A DNA stretch of 64,000 bases, from positions 95,635 through 159,634 of the forward strand of contig CAMYUM010000001.1 in the NCBI GenBank assembly GCA_947301965.1, given 5' to 3'. Below the pieces are notes generated by a model. That model worked only from the letters and a program-made list of their open reading frames with translations, searched no databases and had not been told where the DNA came from. Below, one piece after another: positions 8,758-16,789 of the stretch (its first letter is position 1; the number at the start of each line of letters is the position of its first letter). A program made the translations under genes and the position numbers. The DNA is from an uncultured Azospirillum sp. (GTDB taxonomy: Bacteria; Pseudomonadota; Alphaproteobacteria; RF32; CAG-239).

Positions 8758-10577
8758 TGAACAGAGATAACAGCAAAGGCAAAGTTTTGATTTTGAGGAC
8801 GCTGGTTTGGGGCGGAATCCAGCTGTTTCTGCTGTTGGTAATCGTGGTAAGACTTTTTTATTTGCAAGTTTATGAAGCAGATAAATACAAAACCATGTCG
8901 GAAGAAAATCGAATTTCTTCGCGAATCCTGGTGCCGCCGCGAGGAGTTATTTTTGACCGCAACGGAGTGCCTTTGGCCGACAATAAGCAAAACTTTCAGG
9001 CAATGCTGGTTGCGGAGCAAACCAACAGCGTAGATAAAACGATAGAACAATTTAAAAAATTGATGCCTTTGAGCGATAAGGAAGAAGCAAGAGTTCGTCG
9101 TGACCTGAAAAGATATCGCCGTTTTGTGCCGATAAAACTAAAAGAAGGGTTGAGCTGGGAAGAGGTTTCAAAAATATTGTTGGCAACTCGCAAAATGGCC
9201 GGAGTTGTGGTTGATGACGGTTTAAGCCGCAGTTATCCTTTTGGTAAACAGACGGCTCATGTCTTGGGATATGTGGCGGCAGTTTCTGAAGACGACTTGA
9301 AAAAAGACAGCGATCCTTTGTTGGAAACGCCGGGGTTTAAAATCGGTAAAATCGGGCTGGAAAAACGTTATGAAAAAACATTGCGCGGTAAGGGCGGAAA
9401 TTTAAAACTGGAAGTTAATGCCGTCGGAAGAATTATGAAAGAAATAGAAAGAGAAGACGGAGAAGCCGGAAAACCGCTTAATTTAACGATAGACAGCCGC
9501 TTACAGCAAAAAGCATTTGAACTGTTCGGCGAGCAAAGCGGAGCCGCGGTTTTGATGGATGTAAACAGCGGTGAGATTTTAATGTTTATATCTATGCCGT
9601 CGTATGACTCAAATGATTTTGTGCAAGGTGTAAGCCAAGATTTGTATAATGTTTTGCTGTATGACGAAAAACAGCCGTTGATTAATAAGGCCATAGCGGG
9701 AAGGTATTCTCCGGGTTCAACTTTTAAGATGATGGTAGCGCTGGCGGCACTTGAAGCGGGCGTGATAAACAAGGAAACAAAGGTTGGTTGTACGGGAAAA
9801 ATCAGTTTCGGCAATCACTTGTTCCACTGTTGGAAAAAACCCGGACACGGAGCCTTAAACGTGGTTGAGGCTTTGCAGCACTCATGCGATGTGTTTTTCT
9901 ATGAAGTAGCACATAAAGTCGGTATAGACCGTATTGCGGCGATGGCAAGGCGTTTCGGTTTGGGAGAACAAACAGCATTAAAGTTTGATGATGAAAAAGC
10001 CGGCGTTATTCCGGACAAAGCGTGGAAGATGGCAAACTTCGGCGAAGCATGGCAAGGGGGTGAAACCTTGATTGCGGGAATCGGACAAGGATATGTTTTG
10101 ACTACGCCGATACAGCTGGCGGTGATGACGGCGAGAATTGCCAACGGGGGCAAAATGGTTGAACCGAGCTTGACTAAAGTCAGCCCCAAGAAAATTGCCA
10201 AGTTTAAGGATATGGGGATTAATCCGGCACATATGGCGTTGATAAAAGAAGGAATGTGCAGCGTGGTCAATCGTCCCGGGGGAACAGCTCTGATGTCGGC
10301 GTTTGATTATAAAGGCAAAAAGATGTGCGGAAAAACCGGAACTACGCAAGTTAAAAGAATTACGATGAAAGAAAGGCAGACCGGGATTGTAAAACAAGAG
10401 GACACGCCGTGGAAATACAGAAACCATGCTTTGTTTGTGGGATATGCTCCGCACGATAAGCCAAAATATGCAGTTGCGGTGTTAGTGGAGCATGGCGGCG
10501 GAGGCTCAAGCGTGGCCGCACCGATTGCTTCAAAACTGCTGAAGGAAGCATTGATTTTAGATGAGGAGAACGAATAA
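8757..10577 (+). CDS. mrdA: Penicillin-binding protein 2 (peptidoglycan D,D-transpeptidase)
   Basis: The 606-aa protein has the active-site motifs STFK (PGSTFKMM), SCD (HSCDVFF) and KTG (GKTGT). Confidence 0.9.
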   Translation: MNRDNSKGKVLILRTLVWGGIQLFLLLVIVVRLFYLQVYEADKYKTMSEENRISSRILVPPRGVIFDRNGVPLADNKQNFQAMLVAEQTNSVDKTIEQFKKLMPLSDKEEARVRRDLKRYRRFVPIKLKEGLSWEEVSKILLATRKMAGVVVDDGLSRSYPFGKQTAHVLGYVAAVSEDDLKKDSDPLLETPGFKIGKIGLEKRYEKTLRGKGGNLKLEVNAVGRIMKEIEREDGEAGKPLNLTIDSRLQQKAFELFGEQSGAAVLMDVNSGEILMFISMPSYDSNDFVQGVSQDLYNVLLYDEKQPLINKAIAGRYSPGSTFKMMVALAALEAGVINKETKVGCTGKISFGNHLFHCWKKPGHGALNVVEALQHSCDVFFYEVAHKVGIDRIAAMARRFGLGEQTALKFDDEKAGVIPDKAWKMANFGEAWQGGETLIAGIGQGYVLTTPIQLAVMTARIANGGKMVEPSLTKVSPKKIAKFKDMGINPAHMALIKEGMCSVVNRPGGTALMSAFDYKGKKMCGKTGTTQVKRITMKERQTGIVKQEDTPWKYRNHALFVGYAPHDKPKYAVAVLVEHGGGGSSVAAPIASKLLKEALILDEENE

Positions 10578-11717
10578 ATGTATAAGTTCTATAAGACAGG
10601 ATTTCGGAACCCGAATCTTACTTTTAAGGAAAAGTGGAACAATATTAATTTTACATATTTATTTTTTATTTTTGTGCTTGCCGCAGTCGGGGTGCTGATG
10701 TTGTATTCGGCGGCCAACGGTGTTTGGAATGTTTGGGCGCTGAAGCATGTTGTACGCTTTGCAATGGGTGCCGTTTTTATGGGCATTTTAGTGTTTGTGG
10801 ATATAAAAGTGTTTTTGCACTATGCGTATTATTTTTATGCAATAACCTTATTGCTGTTGATTGTGGTGGAAGTTGCCGGATATACCGGAATGGGAGCAAC
10901 GAGGTGGATTAATCTCGGATTTATGAAGCTGCAGCCTTCGGAGCTGATGAAAATAGCGCTGGTGTTAGCTTTGGCAAAATATTTTCATACAACGACATTA
11001 CAAAACATAGAAACTATCCGCGGAATTATTCCTCCGATTTTGATGGCGCTGGTTCCGGCGGGGTTGATTATGGCACAGCCCGACTTGGGAACGGGCGTTA
11101 TGTTGCTGATGACCACAGGGGTAATATTGTTTGTTGTCGGGGTGCAAATATGGAAATTTGCGGCAGTTGGTATCGGAGTTGCTGCCCTGATGCCGATAGC
11201 ATGGCATTTTCTGCACGATTATCAAAGACAGCGTGTGCTTACGTTTCTTAATCCGGAACGTGATCCGTTGGGCGCCGGATATCATATTATGCAATCTAAA
11301 ATTGCTCTCGGGTCGGGCGGTGTGTTTGGAAAAGGTTTTTTGAGCGGCACACAAAGTCATCTTAATTTTTTGCCGGAAAAACATACGGACTTTATTTTTA
11401 CGATGTTGTCAGAAGAGTTCGGCATTATCGGGGCTTTGTTGGTAGTGATAGTTAACTTTATGATTTTGGTTTACAGCTATTCGTTTGCTTTAAAAACAAC
11501 GAGTTATTTCGGCAAGCTGACGATTATCGGTTTGAGCACAAACTATTTCTTATATGTATTTATTAATATGGCGATGGTGCTAGGATTGATACCGGTTGTG
11601 GGAGTGCCGTTGCCGATGATTTCTTATGGCGGAACGGTGATGTTGTCGGTGATGGCAAGTTTCGGCGTGATTATGGCAATGTATGTTAATAGAGATACGA
11701 ATCTCGGAAAAGATTAA
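10578..11717 (+). CDS. rodA: Rod shape-determining SEDS protein RodA
   Basis: A 379-aa SEDS-family polytopic protein located directly after mrdA. Confidence 0.9.
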   Translation: MYKFYKTGFRNPNLTFKEKWNNINFTYLFFIFVLAAVGVLMLYSAANGVWNVWALKHVVRFAMGAVFMGILVFVDIKVFLHYAYYFYAITLLLLIVVEVAGYTGMGATRWINLGFMKLQPSELMKIALVLALAKYFHTTTLQNIETIRGIIPPILMALVPAGLIMAQPDLGTGVMLLMTTGVILFVVGVQIWKFAAVGIGVAALMPIAWHFLHDYQRQRVLTFLNPERDPLGAGYHIMQSKIALGSGGVFGKGFLSGTQSHLNFLPEKHTDFIFTMLSEEFGIIGALLVVIVNFMILVYSYSFALKTTSYFGKLTIIGLSTNYFLYVFINMAMVLGLIPVVGVPLPMISYGGTVMLSVMASFGVIMAMYVNRDTNLGKD

Positions 11718-11753
11718 AACAAAAAACTCCGGAACAACGTCCGGAGTTTTTTG
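11717..11753. terminator. Bidirectional terminator between rodA and the convergent lipoprotein gene
   Basis: Hairpin ctccggaacaacgtccggag with flanking A-run and T-run. Confidence 0.65.
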
Positions 11754-11766
11754 TTGAATAAAAGAT

Positions 11767-12828
11767 TTATCTTACAAAAAGCAAAACTTCAGAAAACGGG
11801 GTTTTATCACTAACACGCGCGTTTAAGTTGACATTGTTGGCGTTAGCTCCCAAGGTAACAACTTCGCTCATTATTTTTGATGCATAAGATTGTGCGCGGT
11901 CCTGGTTGGCACTTGAAGAAACGGCTACAACATCAAAAATCGCATTAGGTTTGCGAGATAAGGCGGCGCTTACTGCAGATTGCAAACCTTCTTTGTAGTC
12001 AATGTTGGGGTTGTTAAAGCGAACCGAAAACAACGGCATGCCGGTGGCACGCATAGCGGGAGTTGCACGCGGGGCAAAACCACCGTTTGCAACAAACGGT
12101 TTGCTTTTTATATTGCGACGTGAAATCGGACGAGAAAAAGATGCCGAATTACCGCCGGTTTTGACGCTGTCGTGCAAGGCGTTGATTTCCTGGCTGGATT
12201 GAACGGCATTTTGCTGTTGGAAATTAGCGGCGCTTGAAACATTTTCGTTGAGAGCGGAGGCTTTTTGAGCTAAAGCCATGGTTTCACTCTGAAGTTCGCG
12301 CAATTGCTTGTGGTCTTCATCAACCGCGCCGGAAATACCGAAGGCTGCAGAGATTGAGTTTTCAAGGTAATTAATGGAGGTCAAAGTCGCAGCGGTTTTG
12401 GTTGAAAGATTTTCAAGAGCATTGGCGTTGGCAAACATATTTTGGACATTGCCCTGCGCCTGTTGCAGCATAGCATACATATTCGGGTTACCGGGGGTGG
12501 TTCCGGCTTGCAATTTGTTTTGAACAGACGAAATTGTTTTTTGGTACAGATTGGCGTTGTGCGAAATGTTGGAACTGATTTTATCAAGTTCTTTTTGGTT
12601 GGACTTCTGTGCCTGGCTGAGTTGCTTTAATTCCTGACGAAAAGCGGCGACTCTCTGTCCGACAAAAGTGCCGGTATAAGACCCGTTTACAACGTTGGAG
12701 CTGTTGGCATAAATGTTTTCTTGCGAATCTGTTCCGAGCAAAGCAGGATAACCCTGATTGTCAGAAGCGCAAGCAGAAAGCCCGAATGCACAGATGGTTG
12801 CAAATGCTTTAATGACAATGTTTCTCAT
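11767..12828 (-). CDS. Hypothetical lipoprotein with a long coiled-coil region
   Basis: A signal peptide with a lipobox (AFGLSAC) is followed by a Q/N/A-rich heptad-like region and a C-terminal globular part. No family was recognised. Confidence 0.55.
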   Translation of the reverse strand: MRNIVIKAFATICAFGLSACASDNQGYPALLGTDSQENIYANSSNVVNGSYTGTFVGQRVAAFRQELKQLSQAQKSNQKELDKISSNISHNANLYQKTISSVQNKLQAGTTPGNPNMYAMLQQAQGNVQNMFANANALENLSTKTAATLTSINYLENSISAAFGISGAVDEDHKQLRELQSETMALAQKASALNENVSSAANFQQQNAVQSSQEINALHDSVKTGGNSASFSRPISRRNIKSKPFVANGGFAPRATPAMRATGMPLFSVRFNNPNIDYKEGLQSAVSAALSRKPNAIFDVVAVSSSANQDRAQSYASKIMSEVVTLGANANNVNLNARVSDKTPFSEVLLFVR

Positions 12829-12986
12829 ATAATTAATTACCTTTTATTCAAAAAAATTAAATTTCCGACCTAATGATTTTTTACACTTTTCTTTGTTTTT
12901 GTAAAGAAAATTTTGATGTACATAATCACAAAGTAGGTTTCGTAACAGATATTAACCCTAAAAAATTAAATTTGTTTAAATTTTGC

Positions 12987-13015
12987 TTGCAAAAAAAAAC
13001 AAAAGAATGTATTAA
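12987..13015 (+). promoter_or_regulatory. Candidate sigma-70 promoter of tRNA-Arg(ACG)
   Basis: TTGCAA, a 17-nt spacer, then TATTAA, ending about 22 nt upstream of the tRNA 5' end. Confidence 0.3.
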
Positions 13016-13037
13016 GGTGTGAACAACGCAAAAATAT

Positions 13038-13114
13038 GCGCTCGTAGCTCAATTGGATAGAGCATCTGACTACGGATCAGAAGGTTGTGAGTTCGAATCC
13101 CGCCGAGCGCGCCA
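13038..13114 (+). tRNA. tRNA-Arg (anticodon ACG)
   Basis: A cloverleaf can be drawn by hand: acceptor gcgctcg/cgagcgc, anticodon stem tctga/tcaga with loop ctACGga, T-loop ttcgaat, and an encoded CCA. The T-stem has one A-C mismatch. Confidence 0.85.
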
Positions 13115-13166
13115 GTTTTTAATCGAGGCTCCACCATTAAAGGTGGGGTTTTGTGTTTTTAAAGGT

Positions 13167-13303
13167 GGCGGTTTTCGAACTCGTGAGTTCGTTCAATTCC
13201 GGCTAAAGATTTTGTTTCACTTCGATATCTCTCGTTCACAAAATCAAGCCTCATTGTGTCTCCTTGAAAAAACTGCATTATGGCAGTTTTTTTCTTCGGC
13301 CAT
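13167..13303. repeat. Roughly 137-nt element inserted downstream of tRNA-Arg(ACG), flanked by a 67-bp direct duplication (13100..13166 and 13304..13370) of the tRNA 3' end plus terminator; copy 1 of 2 in the window
   Basis: The string ccgccgagcgcgcca plus the terminator hairpin (ccaccattaaaggtgg, T-run) is exactly repeated. The insert begins with the palindrome cgaactcgtgagttcg, built from the tRNA T-arm. It ends in a roughly 60-nt block that is almost identical to the insert next to tRNA-Arg(CCG) at 54209..54347. Confidence 0.8.
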
Positions 13304-13433
13304 CCGCCGAGCGCGCCAGTTTTTAATCGAGGCTCCACCATTAAAGGTGGGGTTTTGTGTTTTTAAAGGTTGTAGTTTTTAATTTTCAGATGATACAAAT
13401 TTGGAGTATGATTCAGCTAAACATAATTTCCTT

Positions 13434-14081
13434 TTATTTAGCTAAGCCGACAATTTCGGCGCGGAGTTCATCAATGCCGCGATTTTTTTCAGAACTGGTG
13501 GCAATAAGGTTGATGTGTGCAGCAGCGTGTTCTTTGATGATTTTGTTGGTTTCGTTGATGACTTTTGCCAGTTCAACCGCCGAGATTTTATCGGTTTTGG
13601 TGAGAACAATTTGATAATTTACGGCGGCCTTATCAAGCATTTCCATAATTTCGGAATCAACTTTTTTGATGCCGTGGCGAGAGTCAATAAGCAGAAAAAC
13701 ACGCTTTAGATTAACACGCCCCTGAAGATAGGCAAAAATCATTTTTTGCCATTTCTTAACAAGCGAATCCGGGGCTTGAGCAAATCCGTAGCCGGGCATG
13801 TCAACAATATAAAGTTTGTCGGCAAGGTTGAAATAATTGAGCTGCTGGGTGCGCCCGGGGGTGTTCGAAGTTTTGGCCAAAGTCTTGCGGCCGGTGAGGG
13901 CGTTAATCAAGCTTGATTTTCCAACGTTGGAGCGACCGGCAAAAGCAATCTCGTCCAAAAAATTATCGGGCGGAAGCTGTGAAAGCGAAGCAACCCCGAG
14001 AACAAAAGAACAATCAGAGGCAAAAAGAGTTCGCCCGTCTTTTATCTGTTGTTCGGTATAGCGAGGAGTTGCCGTGTCCAT
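13434..14081 (-). CDS. engB: Ribosome biogenesis GTPase EngB/YihA
   Basis: It has the G1 motif GRSNVGKSSL and the G3 motif DMPGYG, and follows yidC as in alphaproteobacteria. Confidence 0.9.
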   Translation of the reverse strand: MDTATPRYTEQQIKDGRTLFASDCSFVLGVASLSQLPPDNFLDEIAFAGRSNVGKSSLINALTGRKTLAKTSNTPGRTQQLNYFNLADKLYIVDMPGYGFAQAPDSLVKKWQKMIFAYLQGRVNLKRVFLLIDSRHGIKKVDSEIMEMLDKAAVNYQIVLTKTDKISAVELAKVINETNKIIKEHAAAHINLIATSSEKNRGIDELRAEIVGLAK

Positions 14082-14083
14082 GT

Positions 14084-15748
14084 TTAGTTCCTGTTTTTAT
14101 AGAGAATGGCGCGTTGTTGCAAAATAGACAGCAGATTGCTGAATGACCAATAAATTACCAAACCGGCGGCAAAATGCCCCATCATAAAGGTAAAGATAAA
14201 AGGCATCATAGCAAAAGCACGGGCCTGGTCTTTGTTGGTCGGAGCAGGGTTCATCTTTTGTTGGATGAACATGGTTAAGCCCATAACAATAGGCCAAATT
14301 CCGATATCTAAAATGCCGGGAACAGGCAAATGTGACCACGACGAAATGGTAAGCGGATCCGGAGCAGAAAGGTCTTTAATCCAGCCGATGAACGGAGCTT
14401 GACGAATCTCGATGGCAATGTTCAGCACTTTATAAAGTGAGAAAAACACCGGAATTTGTATAAACATCGGCAGACAGCCCGAGGCAGGATTAACTTTTTC
14501 CCGCTGATAAAGCAACAGAGTTTCTTGCTGGGCTTTGCGTTTGTCGTCGGCATATTTTTCCTGGAGTTCACGCAGTTTCGGCTGCAGTTTTTTCATTTTT
14601 GCCATGTTCTCAAATGATTTGTTGGCAATCGGGAACATAGCAAGGCGTAACAAAGCGGCAAAAAGCAAAATAGCCCAGCCCATGTTGCCGATGATTTTAT
14701 ATAAATAATCAAGAATATAGAAAAACGGTTTGGTTAAAAAGTAGTACCAGCCGAAATCAACCGCCAAGTCAAATTTGTTGATGTTGAGGTCTTTGGTGTA
14801 TTTATCCAAAAGTTTTATTTCTTTTGCGCCGGCGTAGAGCATTTGTTGAGTTGAGCCGATGCTTCCGGCGGCAATGGTCAATGGCGAGCCGACAAAATCG
14901 GTTTGATAAAAGTCGTCATTTTGGCTGAAAGTTATGTTGGACGGCTGCTGCGAGTTGAGAATAAACGCCGAAAACCAGTAGCGGTCGGAAAAACCGAGCC
15001 AGCCTTTAGTAGTTTCAAAATTTTTGGAGCCTTTTTTGAGGTCGGAATATTTAACCTCCTCAAGTTCGTCGTTGAAAACACCAATCATACCCTCGTGAAC
15101 AACGCCGGCTCGAGCGGCCTGATTGCGGTTGCGGGCGATTAAACCGTACGGATATATGGTGACGGGAGAAGATGTGTTGTTTTCTACCGACTGATTTATG
15201 TTGAACATATAATGTTGGTCAATGCTGATTTGAGTGATAAAACGCAGTCCTTGCCCGTTGTTCCACTCAAGAGTTATCGGGCTGTCGGGAGTGAGCGTTG
15301 AGCCTTTTGCGGTCCAAACGGTATCTGCGGTCGGAAGTTTGAGGTTTTTGTCTGAAGATAACCAACCAAACTCGGCATAATAAGGATTGTTTGTTTTGGC
15401 GGGAGCAAAAAGTTCAACATCAGGGCTGTTGGCATCTAAAGTCTGTTTATATTTTTTGAGCCAAAGGTTATCAATGCGACTGCCGGCAACACGGATTGAA
15501 CCTTTGAGCGAACCGTTGGAAAGTTGAATTCTTGAAGATGATTGTAAAACTTCTTCAACCGGAAGAGCTGCAGTTTGAGGGGTTTCTGACGGTTCTGTCT
15601 TGAGGGGAGCTTGTGCGGTTGCGGCAGGTTGTTGTTCAACCGGGGTTTGCGGAGCAGGTTTGCGATCGGCAAAAAAATGATTACACATAAATATTACGGC
15701 CAGCGACAACAGAACAGCGGCATAAAAACTTTTTAATTCATCTTTCAT
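14084..15748 (-). CDS. yidC: Membrane protein insertase YidC
   Basis: The 554-aa protein has an N-terminal TM segment, a large periplasmic domain and the conserved C-terminal 5-TM core. Confidence 0.9.
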   Translation of the reverse strand: MKDELKSFYAAVLLSLAVIFMCNHFFADRKPAPQTPVEQQPAATAQAPLKTEPSETPQTAALPVEEVLQSSSRIQLSNGSLKGSIRVAGSRIDNLWLKKYKQTLDANSPDVELFAPAKTNNPYYAEFGWLSSDKNLKLPTADTVWTAKGSTLTPDSPITLEWNNGQGLRFITQISIDQHYMFNINQSVENNTSSPVTIYPYGLIARNRNQAARAGVVHEGMIGVFNDELEEVKYSDLKKGSKNFETTKGWLGFSDRYWFSAFILNSQQPSNITFSQNDDFYQTDFVGSPLTIAAGSIGSTQQMLYAGAKEIKLLDKYTKDLNINKFDLAVDFGWYYFLTKPFFYILDYLYKIIGNMGWAILLFAALLRLAMFPIANKSFENMAKMKKLQPKLRELQEKYADDKRKAQQETLLLYQREKVNPASGCLPMFIQIPVFFSLYKVLNIAIEIRQAPFIGWIKDLSAPDPLTISSWSHLPVPGILDIGIWPIVMGLTMFIQQKMNPAPTNKDQARAFAMMPFIFTFMMGHFAAGLVIYWSFSNLLSILQQRAILYKNRN

Positions 15749-15819
15749 CAGAAAATATTCCCATCATTTGGTTGAATTGGTTTGAATATAGCAGTATTTG
15801 CCAGCATTGCAAGTTTTTA

Positions 15820-16065
15820 TCAATGTTTATGTTCATCTTTGGGCGGAACAGGATCAAACCCGCTTCCTCCCCAAGGGTGACAGCGCAAAATACGCTTGGT
15901 TCCGAGGTATATACCTTTTAAAATGCCATGAATTTCGATGGCCTCAATCATATATTGCGAGCATGTCGGCTGATAACGGCAAACGTTCGGCATAAGCGGC
16001 GAGATGCATTTTTGATAAAACTTAATCAGCAGAATTATCGGCAGGCGAATTATTTTTTGTAGCAT
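15820..16065 (-). CDS. yidD: Membrane protein insertion efficiency factor YidD
   Basis: [46 protein letters not shown] is the YidD signature. An internal Met (MLQKII...) was chosen as start because the ORF extends into rnpA. Confidence 0.7.
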   Translation of the reverse strand: MLQKIIRLPIILLIKFYQKCISPLMPNVCRYQPTCSQYMIEAIEIHGILKGIYLGTKRILRCHPWGGSGFDPVPPKDEHKH

Positions 16066-16438
16066 TATCGGCAATCTCCGGCATAAGACGGTGATTAATT
16101 TTTTGAAGAGCATATTGCAAGTCACGGCAGATTACAGAAAAATCAACCTCGGCGGTGGTATGACGAGCAATCAACACATAATCAAAATTCGGCAAAGCGT
16201 ATTTATCAAAAAACAATGCCGCCGCAGCTCTCAGTCTGCGACGACAACGATTACGCGTGTGAGCCTTGCCTATCTTTTTGGTGGTAGTGTATCCAATTCG
16301 GGGATGTGAGGTCGGTTCATTCAAATCGCGAGGTGCGGCTTGAAGAACCAAACTTGAGGTGGCGACACTAACCCCATGTTTTGTAAGTTTTACAAAATCA
16401 CGGCGTTTTTTTAATACCGAAAAAGATGGCATTGGCAA
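16022..16438 (-). CDS. rnpA: RNase P protein component
   Basis: A 138-aa basic protein in the rpmH-rnpA position (the RNR motif region reads [19 protein letters not shown]). Confidence 0.8.
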   Translation of the reverse strand: MPMPSFSVLKKRRDFVKLTKHGVSVATSSLVLQAAPRDLNEPTSHPRIGYTTTKKIGKAHTRNRCRRRLRAAAALFFDKYALPNFDYVLIARHTTAEVDFSVICRDLQYALQKINHRLMPEIADNATKNNSPADNSAD

Positions 16439-16447
16439 AAAGCCTTA

Positions 16448-16582
16448 TTAGGCTGAAATTTTTGCACGTCCTCTGGCTCTGCGAGCGGCTAATACCTTAC
16501 GTCCGCCTTGAGTAGCCATACGGGTGCGAAAGCCATGACGACGGGCTCTTACGATTTTTGAAGGTTGATATGTACGTTTCAT
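16448..16582 (-). CDS. rpmH: 50S ribosomal protein L34
   Basis: Hand translation gives [44 protein letters not shown], which is full L34 consensus. It falls below the length cut-off of the ORF track. Confidence 0.9.
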   Translation of the reverse strand: MKRTYQPSKIVRARRHGFRTRMATQGGRKVLAARRARGRAKISA

Positions 16583-16789
16583 TTTATATTCTCCGGTTTA
16601 TTATAGTTATTTAAAGCCCTGTTTGGTACAGAGTTCTCGGTTATTGTGCGTTTCTTATAAGAGCAAAAAGTAATGTTGTCAATACAAAAATAACAAAAAC
16701 ATTACCAGCCCAAAGCCGGGAAAGATTGCTGATGTTCAATTAAGAGGACAAGTCGTTCATAAACTTTGTCATTATAAGTTGAATGAATT

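Noticed and set aside
13167-13303. A two-piece or standard tmRNA (ssrA) as the explanation for a tRNA-like 3' end next to a short ORF.
   Set aside because: The duplicated 3' ends are tRNA-Arg acceptor arms, not tRNA-Ala-like arms with a G3-U70 pair. No resume codon or tag ending in ...LAA or ...YALAA is present in any frame. The partial copies also include locus-specific terminators, which fits a local duplication better.
13053-13382. A 109-aa ORF running through tRNA-Arg(ACG) and the linked element.
   Set aside because: It overlaps an intact tRNA gene and a non-coding repeat. Its repeated sequence (RARQFLIEAPPLKVGFCVFKG twice) is only the translated direct repeat. It is an ORF-finder artefact.
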